DNA of 64,000 bases from NCBI GenBank assembly GCA_965112635.1, contig OZ218778.1, positions 1,472,001-1,536,000 on the forward strand. The letters run 5' to 3'. The position numbers were made by a program, and so were the translations under genes. This DNA is from an uncultured bacterium. GTDB lineage: Bacteria; Oederibacteriota; Oederibacteriia; Oederibacteriales; Oederibacteriaceae. Under the pieces are notes generated by a model. That model had not been told where the DNA came from and did no database searches. It was given only the letters and a program-made list of their open reading frames with translations. The first letter of the stretch is position 1, and each line of letters opens with the position of its first letter. Positions 56,024 to 64,000 of this stretch are shown piece by piece.

Positions 56024-56112
56024 GGATTGGCACGAGGTTAGAGCTAGGCCATACAAAAAAACAGGTTCGTATTGTATAATCAGGGATACTTTTTCAAAAA
56101 ATTCTTGGAGAG

Positions 56113-57261
56113 TTGCAGATGAAATCGTTATGGAAATCCCTCATATTGCTCACGTTCATTCTGAGCTGCGTCCCCCTGGCCTTGGCTGAGGACAAGATCG
56201 TCAAAATAGGTTTTGCCGGGCCATTGACCGGACCTCAAACCGCCATCGGCGCAGACGAGAAGAACGCGGCGGAAATGGCCATTGAGGAGGCCAACGAAGC
56301 CAAGGTGATACCATGGGTCAGCCTGGTCCTGGAAGCCCTGGACGACAAAGCCGACCCCAAGGAAGCCGTGAGCGTGGCTCACCGCTTCGCCGCTGAAAAC
56401 GACGTGGTGGCCGTGATCGGGCATACCACCAGCGGATGTTCTATGCCGGCTTCCAGCGTCTATCACGCAGCGGGCCTGACCATGATCACACCCAGTTCCA
56501 CCAATCCCAAGCTGACCCAGCAAGGTTTTGAGAACGTGTTCAGGGTCTGCGTCACAGACCTGCTACAGGGGGTCGCTGCGGCTAAGTTCGCCATCAAGAT
56601 ACTGGAGAAAAAGAGGTTCGCCATCATCCACGACAAGACGGAGTACGGACAGGGGCTGGCCGAGGAGTTCAGGAAGCAGATCCTGGCCGACAAAGGGATC
56701 GTCGTGGACTTCGAGGGGATCAACCAGGGTGACCAGGATTTCACTGCGGTCCTTTTGAAGATCAAGACAAAATACCCGGACATCATCTATTTCGGAGGGA
56801 TGTACCCGGAAGGCGCCCTGCTGGCCAAGCAGATCAAGCAGGTGGGATTCCCGGCGCCGACCTCGCTGATGGGCGCGGACGGGCTCTATGCGCCAGAATT
56901 CATCTCTCTGGCCCGCGACGCGGCGGATGGGACCATCATCAGCTTCATGGCTCCTCCCTTTGACCGGATCCAAACAGCCAAGAGTTTCGTGAGGAAATTC
57001 AGGAAGAAATATAAACAGATCAAGACCTATGCCCCTTACGCTTATGACGCCACCAACCTGATCATCCAGGCCATCAAGGCGTCCGGGGACCCGGGTAATC
57101 GCGCCAAAGTGCTGGCCGGGATAAGGCAGGCAGGGGATTTTGAGGGGGTTACGGGAAAGACCTCCTTTGACGCCCAAGGGGACAACCAGAACAAGGAAAT
57201 CTATTTTTATATCGTCCGTAAGAAAATGTTCAACTGGTACCAAACCAACCGGAAGTTGTAA
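56113..57261 (+). CDS. Branched-chain amino acid ABC substrate-binding protein (LivJ/LivK family)
   Basis: KIGFAGPLTG, DDKADP, GHTTSG, HDKTEYGQGLA, YAYDA. Confidence 0.92.
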   Translation: MQMKSLWKSLILLTFILSCVPLALAEDKIVKIGFAGPLTGPQTAIGADEKNAAEMAIEEANEAKVIPWVSLVLEALDDKADPKEAVSVAHRFAAENDVVAVIGHTTSGCSMPASSVYHAAGLTMITPSSTNPKLTQQGFENVFRVCVTDLLQGVAAAKFAIKILEKKRFAIIHDKTEYGQGLAEEFRKQILADKGIVVDFEGINQGDQDFTAVLLKIKTKYPDIIYFGGMYPEGALLAKQIKQVGFPAPTSLMGADGLYAPEFISLARDAADGTIISFMAPPFDRIQTAKSFVRKFRKKYKQIKTYAPYAYDATNLIIQAIKASGDPGNRAKVLAGIRQAGDFEGVTGKTSFDAQGDNQNKEIYFYIVRKKMFNWYQTNRKL

Positions 57262-57363
57262 CTTAAAAATCAGCATGAAGCGGGCGGACTCCCCAATCTT
57301 GCGGCACTCCATCGATCCCCAGTATTCCACTCTCCTGCAAAAGCGTCCGGGAAAAGAACTCCT

Positions 57364-58266
57364 ATGTTTTTAGAACAGCTGATCAGCGGACTTACCCTGG
57401 GTTGTATTTACGCTCTCATAGCCCTTGGTTACACCATGGTCTACGGCATCCTCAAGTTCATCAACTTCGCCCACGGAGAGATCTACATGGTGGGCGCTTA
57501 TCTGGGGTATTACGCCCTGGTTTATTTGTCCGGGATACCCTGGTTGGCAGCCCACCCCTTGATCCTGCTGCTGTCCATGTTCCTATGCAGCATGGCCGGC
57601 TGCGGCCTCCTAGGCATCACCATTGACGCCATTGCCTACCGGCCCCTGCGCCAGGCCCCCAGGTTGGCGCCGCTGATCAGTGCGGTGGGCGTGTCCCTGA
57701 TCCTGCAGAACGTGGTCATGCTCGTGTGCGGTTCAGAAAATAAGAGCGTGCCCTCTTTGATCCCAACGATGTCTTTTTATATAGGGGACAGTTCCATCTC
57801 CCTGATCCAGATCTTTATCATGGGTTCCTCCGTCATTTTGATGCTCCTTTTGCACGGTTTCATCAAGAAAACCCTGATAGGCAAAGCCATGCGGGCCATC
57901 GCCCAAAATAAGAAGGCCGCCAGCCTGATGGGCATCCCGGTCAACAGCGTGATCGCCCTGACCTTTTTGGTCGGTTCGGCTTTGGGCGCGGCTGCCGGGG
58001 TGATGGTGGGGATGTATTACGGCGTCATCAATTTCTTTATCGGGTACATGGCCGGGCTCAAGGCCTTCACGGCCGCGGTGCTGGGGGGTATCGGAAGCAT
58101 TCCGGGAGCCATGCTGGGAGGACTGCTTCTGGGGGTCGTGGAAAGTCTGGGGGCCGGTTACCTGTCCTCGGAATACAAGGATGTTTTTGCTTTTATCATT
58201 TTGATACTGGTCCTCCTGATCAAGCCCACGGGTTTGATGGGAGAAAAAGAGATCGATAAAGTATAA
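57364..58266 (+). CDS. livH: Branched-chain amino acid ABC permease LivH
   Basis: YALIALGYTMVYGILKFINFAHGE, GLKAFTAAVLGGIG. Confidence 0.94.
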   Translation: MFLEQLISGLTLGCIYALIALGYTMVYGILKFINFAHGEIYMVGAYLGYYALVYLSGIPWLAAHPLILLLSMFLCSMAGCGLLGITIDAIAYRPLRQAPRLAPLISAVGVSLILQNVVMLVCGSENKSVPSLIPTMSFYIGDSSISLIQIFIMGSSVILMLLLHGFIKKTLIGKAMRAIAQNKKAASLMGIPVNSVIALTFLVGSALGAAAGVMVGMYYGVINFFIGYMAGLKAFTAAVLGGIGSIPGAMLGGLLLGVVESLGAGYLSSEYKDVFAFIILILVLLIKPTGLMGEKEIDKV

Positions 58267-58304
58267 AAACCCAAGGTTTAGCAGGATAGAAGCAGGAGAA
58301 GAAG

Positions 58305-59318
58305 ATGACCTGGTTACAGGAGTTCGTTCAAAAGAACAAAAGACCTTTGCAGTGGCTGGGCCTGGTCTTGGTCCTGGCTTTGCCCTGGCTGATGCCAAAC
58401 CCCTATTATCTGCATATCAGCACCCTGGCCATCCTCTACTGCATCCTGGCCCTGGGACTGAATCTGATCGTGGGCTGCGCCGGTTTGCTGAACCTGGGGT
58501 ACGCCGCTTTTTACGGCATCGGCGCTTACACGACCGCGTTGCTTTCCGTTAACTTTGGTTTCAATTTTTGGCTCTGTTTGGTCTGTTCGATCCTTGTCGC
58601 GGTAGGAGCGGGGGTGGTGTTGGGAACCCCGGCTTTGAGGCTGCGCGGGGATTACCTGGCCATTGTCACGCTGGGGTTCGGAGAGATATTTCGTCTTGTG
58701 GCCAGGAACTGGGACAGCCTGACCAATGGTCCGCGGGGCATCAGTGGGATACCAGCGCCGAAGATCTTCGGGTTTGTTTTTGTCCAACCCGTCCATTTTT
58801 ATTATTTGGCCCTGGGGATAGGGCTCTTTGCCCTGGTGTTCCAAAGCCGTTTGAATAATTCCAAGGTCGGCCGGGCATTGGTCGCCATCCGAGAGGACGA
58901 GATCGCCGCCGAATCCCTGGGGATCAACACGACGGCTTACAAGCTGCTGGCGTTCGCCCTGAGCTCGGCTTTTGCCGGGATAGCCGGATGTTTTTTTGCC
59001 TCCTGGCAGGGGTTCGTCAGCCCGGAGAGTTTCACTTTTATGGAATCGGTCATCATCCTGAGCATGGTCGTGTTAGGCGGTATGGGAAGTCTGGTCGGGG
59101 TGATTTTTGGGGCTGTCATCCTGGTCGTGCTGCCCGAAATGCTGCGGCAGTTCGCCGAGATGCGTATCCTGTTCCTGGGCCTGGCTATGGTCATCATCAT
59201 GATCTTCCGGCCCCAGGGATTGTTGGGCAACTGGCGCCGGGCCAGGGAGCTCAAGCCCGCCACGGAAAGGATCCAAACAGAGGAAGACGAGACTTTATCA
59301 GAGGTCAGGGATGAATAG
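58305..59318 (+). CDS. livM: Branched-chain amino acid ABC permease LivM
   Basis: LGLNLIVG.AGLLNLG, LRLRGDYLAIVTLGFGEI, AIREDE, VVLGGMG. Confidence 0.94.
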   Translation: MTWLQEFVQKNKRPLQWLGLVLVLALPWLMPNPYYLHISTLAILYCILALGLNLIVGCAGLLNLGYAAFYGIGAYTTALLSVNFGFNFWLCLVCSILVAVGAGVVLGTPALRLRGDYLAIVTLGFGEIFRLVARNWDSLTNGPRGISGIPAPKIFGFVFVQPVHFYYLALGIGLFALVFQSRLNNSKVGRALVAIREDEIAAESLGINTTAYKLLAFALSSAFAGIAGCFFASWQGFVSPESFTFMESVIILSMVVLGGMGSLVGVIFGAVILVVLPEMLRQFAEMRILFLGLAMVIIMIFRPQGLLGNWRRARELKPATERIQTEEDETLSEVRDE

Positions 59319-59496
59319 ATATTCCCGTTATTTTTGGAGGCGAAAGTTGTCCCAAAGGGGACAGGCTACGGTAGAATATATTCTCTTGACAGCTTTGGTC
59401 GTCGTGATAGGTTTGGTAGTCAGTGGGCTGTTCAATCACGCTTTGGAAAGCAATTTGGAAACCATTGTCAGTAATATATCATGGCCTTGGCCATAA
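59311..59496 (+). CDS. Flp/TadE-like prepilin
   Basis: RG|QATVEYILL class III signal + hydrophobic helix; overlaps livM stop. Confidence 0.65.
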   Translation: MNRYSRYFWRRKLSQRGQATVEYILLTALVVVIGLVVSGLFNHALESNLETIVSNISWPWP

Positions 59497-59511
59497 GAAA
59501 GAGGAGGGATT

Positions 59512-59715
59512 ATGAAGAGCATCAGAAATGAAAAAGGGCAAGGAACGGTGGAGTATATTTTGATCGCGGCGCTGGTCGTGATCCTGGCCATCGGGGCGTT
59601 TAAAATTTTCGGCCCGGCGATCAAAAGTTCCGCCACCAACACCGCCAATACCATTCAAGGCCAAGGGAATGCAGCGGGCCAAGGGGCCAATACGGATGTC
59701 ATGAACGGCCGATGA
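59512..59715 (+). CDS. Flp family type IVb pilin
   Basis: NEKG|QGTVEYILIAALVVI; strong RBS GAGGAGG. Confidence 0.8.
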   Translation: MKSIRNEKGQGTVEYILIAALVVILAIGAFKIFGPAIKSSATNTANTIQGQGNAAGQGANTDVMNGR

Positions 59716-59939
59716 TCATTGTCAAGCTGCTCAACGGCCAGGATATGGCTCTCAATGCAGAGCTGATCGAACGCATATCAGAGAACCCTGATACCGTGAT
59801 TTCGCTGACCACGGGTAACAGGATCCTGGTCAAGGATTCCATGAAAGAAGTGATGGATAAGATCACGGCTTACCGCCGCCTTGTGGCCAGCGGTAAGGGT
59901 AAAAAGAAAAAAGGAATAAAGCTCAGCCGCAAAGGTTGA
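59712..59939 (+). CDS. flbD: Flagellar FlbD/SwrD family protein
   Basis: MIIVKLLNG...LNAELIERI..PDTVISLTTG..ILVK.S..EV..I..YRR. Confidence 0.88.
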   Translation: MIIVKLLNGQDMALNAELIERISENPDTVISLTTGNRILVKDSMKEVMDKITAYRRLVASGKGKKKKGIKLSRKG

Positions 59940-59964
59940 TTTAAGGATAGGTTTTTATCATAAT
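59936..59964 (+). promoter_or_regulatory. Promoter for tRNA-Glu
   Basis: TTGATT-17 nt-CATAAT, 12 nt before the tRNA. Confidence 0.5.
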
Positions 59965-59976
59965 ATCTCCTCCAGT

Positions 59977-60053
59977 GGCGCCATCGTCTAATTGGTTAGG
60001 ACACTGCCCTCTCAAGGCGGAGCTTACGGGTTCGATCCCCGTTGGCGCTACCA
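59977..60053 (+). tRNA. tRNA-Glu (anticodon CTC)
   Basis: Acceptor GGCGCCA/TGGCGCT + ACCA; anticodon arm CTGCC-CTCTCAA-GGCGG; T arm ACGGG-TTCGATC-CCCGT. Confidence 0.95.
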
Positions 60054-60214
60054 TCAACTTTTTCGCTTCGCGAAATACACTAATGAAAACGAGGCAAGCC
60101 CCGGCATCAAAAATGCTTTTTGATGCAAGTATCTGGGGAAGAGAACGCATTTTTTAAAAAGTCCCAGATACTTGTGGCGCTACCATCAAACTTTTTGCTT
60201 CGCGAAATACACTA
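60043..60214 (+). repeat. About 40-bp direct repeat including the tRNA 3' end
   Basis: TGGCGCTACCATCAACTTTTTCGCTTCGCGAAATACACTA (60043-60082) vs TGGCGCTACCATCAAACTTTTTGCTTCGCGAAATACACTA (60175-60214). Confidence 0.85.
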
Positions 60215-60336
60215 TGTTTGCAGAAAACAATCGGTTCTTCTGATATTTGGCGGATTTTTGCAGATGGAGTCTGATTGTTTCAAGGAGTATAATTAATCTA
60301 ATTCCAAGTTTCTAACTAGCATTACAAAGGCAAACC

Positions 60337-61506
60337 ATGGCTGATATCAACGATAAAGAAATCGGCGTTGAGGAACTTGTCGGGGTTCTAATAAGCACCC
60401 GTCCTAATTCTATTGAAAATCTAAAAACCTCCCAGTCGTATGTCCAGAAAATGCTCAAAACAAAAAATGACGCTATATTTGCTGAGGCCATTTATAGTCT
60501 AACCCATATGGCCTTTACACCCGAGGAATCCAAGCGCATCTGGGCCGACACCATCCAGCACAAAAATAAATTGAGCAAGGCTTTAGGTCGGGACGCAGGC
60601 ATCAGGGTCGCTTTGATGGATTTTTTGTCGAACATTGAAAAAAGGATCCTTGCCCCCAAGGTGATCTCCAATGAAACTTTTGAAAACCTTGCTGATTCTG
60701 CGAACAAGGACGAGCTCACAGGTTTACATAATTTCCGTTATTATAAACAAAGGCTTCATCAGGAATTTTCAAGAGCGGTCCGATACGGGTCTGCTTTATC
60801 CTTGATCCTTTTTGACCTCGATGATTTCAAAGTATTTAATGACCTTTATGGGCATGATGCTGGAAATGAGGCCCTAAAAAAAGTTGGGAAGGTTTTAAAA
60901 CAAAACGTCAGGATCGCTGACTTTGCCGTACGCTATGGCGGGGAAGAGTTCGTTATTGTACTGGTAGAAACCAATAAAAAAGGCGCCTCCGTGGTTGCCG
61001 AGAGGGTCCGCAGGGATGTGGAGGAGCTTCATTTAAAGAAGAATTTGACCATTAGCGGCGGTATAGCCTCTTTCCCTGTTGATACTGACGAGGAAGAAGA
61101 GATGTTCAGGCTGGCCGATAGGGCTTTGTATCGCGCCAAGTCCGAGGGGAAGAACCGCGTTTATCTTTTCCATGAAGAAAGGCGCAGGTTCCTCAGGCTG
61201 GATTGCTCCGTCAAAGTATTGATCAAAAGGATCACCCCCACCGGAGCCGCCCTGAAAAAGCTCATGACCACCAGCTTGAGCAGCGGCGGGATCGCTTTTA
61301 AATCCCAGAAATCCATCGGTATCACCTCTTTGGTGAGGGGGGCGATCATCTTGCCCAATGTGAAAAAGCACATTTCTTTTAGCGGCAAGACGGTCCGTGT
61401 CGAGGAGATAAAAAAGAATGGCTTTGAGGTTGGGATCGAATTCCTCCAAATAAAAAGAAGGAATCAGCAGCTCATTGAAGAATATGTAAGAAAACGCAGG
61501 GGCTAA
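60337..61506 (+). CDS. Diguanylate cyclase with C-terminal PilZ domain
   Basis: DELTGLHN, DLDDFK..ND.YGH, I-site RIAD, RYGGEEF; ERRRFLR ... SLSSGG. Confidence 0.92.
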   Translation: MADINDKEIGVEELVGVLISTRPNSIENLKTSQSYVQKMLKTKNDAIFAEAIYSLTHMAFTPEESKRIWADTIQHKNKLSKALGRDAGIRVALMDFLSNIEKRILAPKVISNETFENLADSANKDELTGLHNFRYYKQRLHQEFSRAVRYGSALSLILFDLDDFKVFNDLYGHDAGNEALKKVGKVLKQNVRIADFAVRYGGEEFVIVLVETNKKGASVVAERVRRDVEELHLKKNLTISGGIASFPVDTDEEEEMFRLADRALYRAKSEGKNRVYLFHEERRRFLRLDCSVKVLIKRITPTGAALKKLMTTSLSSGGIAFKSQKSIGITSLVRGAIILPNVKKHISFSGKTVRVEEIKKNGFEVGIEFLQIKRRNQQLIEEYVRKRRG

Positions 61507-61650
61507 AAACCCGCTGTATTTTTCACCTCTTGGGTTAAAACAGGCAACATTTCCGCGTATTTCTGTCTTAATTTCTTGCCTTGAAACGAAGGGTTGACTT
61601 TAATTAATTGCCTAGTAAAATAGTCAAATATTTAATAATTCATAAAATGC

Positions 61651-63003
61651 TTGGGTTTGTTTGAATTTTATTTCGAAAGGTTAAAGTTGAATCACAAAAA
61701 GTATTTGGTCGTATTTTTCCTAATTATAGTGGTTTCTTCCGTGTTTTCCGTTGTATCCCTTTACGCTGACGAGCCGGTCACTATCCGTATGGCAATCTGG
61801 ACCAACGATGAGGACATGAAAATCGTCAAGCTCATCAACGAGCAGTTCGACAAAGACAACCCTAATATCAAGTTAAAAATGGTTTATCTTCCTGATAACG
61901 CCTCCCAATTCAACCAGAAAATGATGACCATGGCCGTGGGAAATACCCTGCCGGACGTTTTCAATATGTTCCAAAGCTATTATCTTAGTTTCGCTACCAA
62001 GAACGTGCTTCTGGATCTAAGAGACCTGGTCCAGCAGGACCCTGATTGGCCTCAAATGCAAAAACTCTGGTTTCCGGGCGCCTTAAATTTGTGCTATTTT
62101 AACGGCGGTTTATACGCATTCCCGAGGGATATAGGCTGTTGGTTCATCGCTTATAACAAGGATATGTTCGACGCCGCAGGGGTCCCTTATCCCACGGAAG
62201 ACTGGACCTGGGATGATTATTTCAGGATTTCCCAAAAGTTAACCAAAAAAGACGCCAATGGGAATGTCACTCAGTTCGGCACCTGCGATTTAAGTTTTGG
62301 CGATGTTGCTTTTTCTGACGGGGTAGAGCTTGTGGACCCGGTCACCCATGCCGTGAATCTTACCAATCCCGCTATGTGCGAGGCCATGCAGTGGTGCGCT
62401 GACCTGGAAATGAAATACAACGTGGCTCCAGGAAACTATGCGGCCTCCGACCAAATGTCGGCCATCGGTGGCGATCCGTTTCTGGGGAAAAGGGTAGCCA
62501 TGGATTTGTTTGGTCAATGGCTTTTTGGTATTTACAAAAAAATATGTGATTTTAACTGGGACATTACGACCTTACCTCAAGGAAAGGCCGGTCATCGTTG
62601 CCAGTTTATGTTCCAGCCTATCTGCATCTCCAAAACCACAACCCACCCCAAAGAAGCTTATCAAGTCATCAAATATTTCTGTTTTAATAAAAAACTAATG
62701 GAGTTGACAGCCGCCTATGGATTCAACGTACCTGTGCGCATGGATGTCGCGCACAGCAAATATTTTATGCAGCTTCCCGTGAATCCCAAACACATTGATT
62801 TGTTCATCAAGTCCCTTGAGAAATATGCCGTGCCACCTTTTAGGTTTATCAATGAAAAAGAGCTAATGGATTTGGTCAACCAGAAAGTAGCCCTTTTACA
62901 TAATGAAGAATCTTACTCGAAATACAATGCCTGCGACCTTATGGCATCCATTGTTCCAAAGTTTACCCGTAAATTAGAGAAAACTTTAAGACGATTAAAG
63001 TAG
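61651..63003 (+). CDS. Sugar ABC transporter substrate-binding protein (start uncertain)
   Basis: NPNIKLK, LPDVF, YNKDMFDAAGVPYP..WTWDD, F..KRVAM...W. Confidence 0.88.
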   Translation: MGLFEFYFERLKLNHKKYLVVFFLIIVVSSVFSVVSLYADEPVTIRMAIWTNDEDMKIVKLINEQFDKDNPNIKLKMVYLPDNASQFNQKMMTMAVGNTLPDVFNMFQSYYLSFATKNVLLDLRDLVQQDPDWPQMQKLWFPGALNLCYFNGGLYAFPRDIGCWFIAYNKDMFDAAGVPYPTEDWTWDDYFRISQKLTKKDANGNVTQFGTCDLSFGDVAFSDGVELVDPVTHAVNLTNPAMCEAMQWCADLEMKYNVAPGNYAASDQMSAIGGDPFLGKRVAMDLFGQWLFGIYKKICDFNWDITTLPQGKAGHRCQFMFQPICISKTTTHPKEAYQVIKYFCFNKKLMELTAAYGFNVPVRMDVAHSKYFMQLPVNPKHIDLFIKSLEKYAVPPFRFINEKELMDLVNQKVALLHNEESYSKYNACDLMASIVPKFTRKLEKTLRRLK

Positions 63004-63012
63004 GGAGAACCT

Positions 63013-63915
63013 ATGTTTGGGATTAAAAAATTTAAAATTACAAGAACTATGCATGATACCATTGCTTTTTATTCGTTTATTAGCCCGTGGTTGCTGGGAT
63101 TTCTGATCTTCACTTTAGGCCCCATGCTTATTTCCTTTTATATGAGTTTCACGGACTGGGATGTATTTACCAGCCCTAAATGGATCGGTTTAGCAAACTA
63201 TCGCGACATCTTTCTTGATGATGATATCTTTTGGAAAGCCTTGTGGAACACTTTTTTCATGGGAGTTTTTGGTTTACCTCTTTCCATCATCCTGGGTTTT
63301 GCCGTGGCTTACCTCCTTTACCAAAAAGTAAGGGGGCTTTATACATTCAGGACTTTATTTTATTTGCCTAATGTCGTCCCGGTGGTCGCCAGCGCAATGC
63401 TGTGGCTGTGGATCTTCCAACCACACGTGGGTCTGGCGAGTTCTTTTTGCCGCATGTTCCTCCATACCGAGGGTCCGGGGTGGTTCAGGTCGGCCTTATG
63501 GGCTAAGCCTACGATGATCATCATGGGCCTTTGGGGTGTGGGAGGGGGGATGATCATCTATTTGGCCGGGCTTCAAGGTATTCCCGAATATCTTTATGAG
63601 GCTGCTGATATCGATGGGGCCAATTCCTGGCAAAAGATGCTGCATGTGACCATTCCCATGATGTCGCCTGTCTTGTTTTTCAATTTGATCATGGGGGCTA
63701 TAGGAACCTTCCAAATGTTCACGGAGTCTTACATCATGACAGGAGGCGGTCCAGACAACGCCACTATGTTCTATGCTTTTTATCTCTTTAAGATAGCTTT
63801 TGAACATTTCGAGATGGGATACGCTTCGGCTTTGGCTTGGATACTTTTTGTCATGGTGTTGATCATCACCTATCTGCAGTTTGTTTTATTGGGCAAAAAA
63901 GTCCATTACGAATAA
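63013..63915 (+). CDS. Carbohydrate ABC transporter permease
   Basis: FISPWLLGF, GLANY, FRTLFYLP, EAA loop LYEAADIDGA, MGYASA. Confidence 0.93.
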   Translation: MFGIKKFKITRTMHDTIAFYSFISPWLLGFLIFTLGPMLISFYMSFTDWDVFTSPKWIGLANYRDIFLDDDIFWKALWNTFFMGVFGLPLSIILGFAVAYLLYQKVRGLYTFRTLFYLPNVVPVVASAMLWLWIFQPHVGLASSFCRMFLHTEGPGWFRSALWAKPTMIIMGLWGVGGGMIIYLAGLQGIPEYLYEAADIDGANSWQKMLHVTIPMMSPVLFFNLIMGAIGTFQMFTESYIMTGGGPDNATMFYAFYLFKIAFEHFEMGYASALAWILFVMVLIITYLQFVLLGKKVHYE

Positions 63916-63946
63916 ACATATTATTTTTTAGGGATGGGGAGAAGAA

Positions 63947-64000
63947 ATGCCGTTATCTGGAGAAAAATTCGTATTTAGAAAAAAAATGGTCAGAGCGTCT
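63947..64000 (+). CDS. Start of probable second sugar ABC permease (runs off window)
   Basis: GGGGAG RBS + ATG, open frame to window end; assignment from context only. Confidence 0.4.
   Translation, partial: MPLSGEKFVFRKKMVRAS

Noticed and set aside
56028-56042. Sigma-54 promoter TGGCAC upstream of the liv genes
   Set aside because: The -12 position reads TAGA rather than TTGC; a TATAAT box downstream fits sigma70 better
57285-57340. Degenerate ACTCC repeats between the liv binding-protein gene and livH
   Set aside because: Too short and degenerate to support a defined element
59975-60157. ORFs overlapping the tRNA on either strand
   Set aside because: Explained by tRNA-Glu and its repeat
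60335-60344. TCAGCCATGG on the minus strand as a third frameshift site
   Set aside because: Matches only 10 of the 12 nt and forms the in-frame start ATG GCT GAT of the cyclase; removing the base would break the gene
1-64000. CRISPR array or other regularly spaced repeat-spacer array
   Set aside because: No run of three or more regularly spaced repeats seen and no cas genes; the tRNA-linked repeat has only two copies

Overview
Bacterial chromosomal window, almost all genes on the + strand. The organism is probably a poorly characterised diderm candidate-phylum lineage: FlgD/T9SS-like C-terminal domains and a PorV/UPF0164-like gene occur together with sigma-54 and a mannose-type PTS, which suggests an Elusimicrobiota/Firestonebacteria-like group (inference only). 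Contents in order: URO-D-family protein, beta-CASP RNase, yebC-ruvCAB-DUF2905-spoIID, three paralogous beta-helix proteins with clpS nested among them, a long rpoN-hpf-ptsN-hprK-glycosyltransferase-yvcK-ManPTS-GH57-HPr-EI-pgi/pmi operon, a T9SS-like cargo/PorV locus, an ABC exporter with DUF1854, a PfkB-HAD / HAD / DHS-like / GH42 sugar cluster, an AT-rich decayed island ending in a Y1 (HUH) transposase with 30-bp terminal inverted repeats, gatZ-queE-queC-comB-thiE, livJHM followed by two Flp-like pilins and flbD, tRNA-Glu(CTC) with a duplicated 3' end, a GGDEF-PilZ cyclase and a sugar ABC transporter. Most notable observations: (i) rpoN and the ArnT-like glycosyltransferase are both broken by a +1 shift at the identical 12-mer TCAGCCATGGGG, and removing the same A repairs both; (ii) the HUH transposase is bounded by terminal inverted repeats whose only mismatches are G:T wobbles on one strand; (iii) an orphan T9SS-type sorting domain and a possible gene replacement; (iv) two non-autonomous IS200/IS605-like palindromic elements, one supplying an in-frame RBS and start codon. 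No CRISPR array or rRNA was seen. All family assignments come from motif recognition, not database searches.
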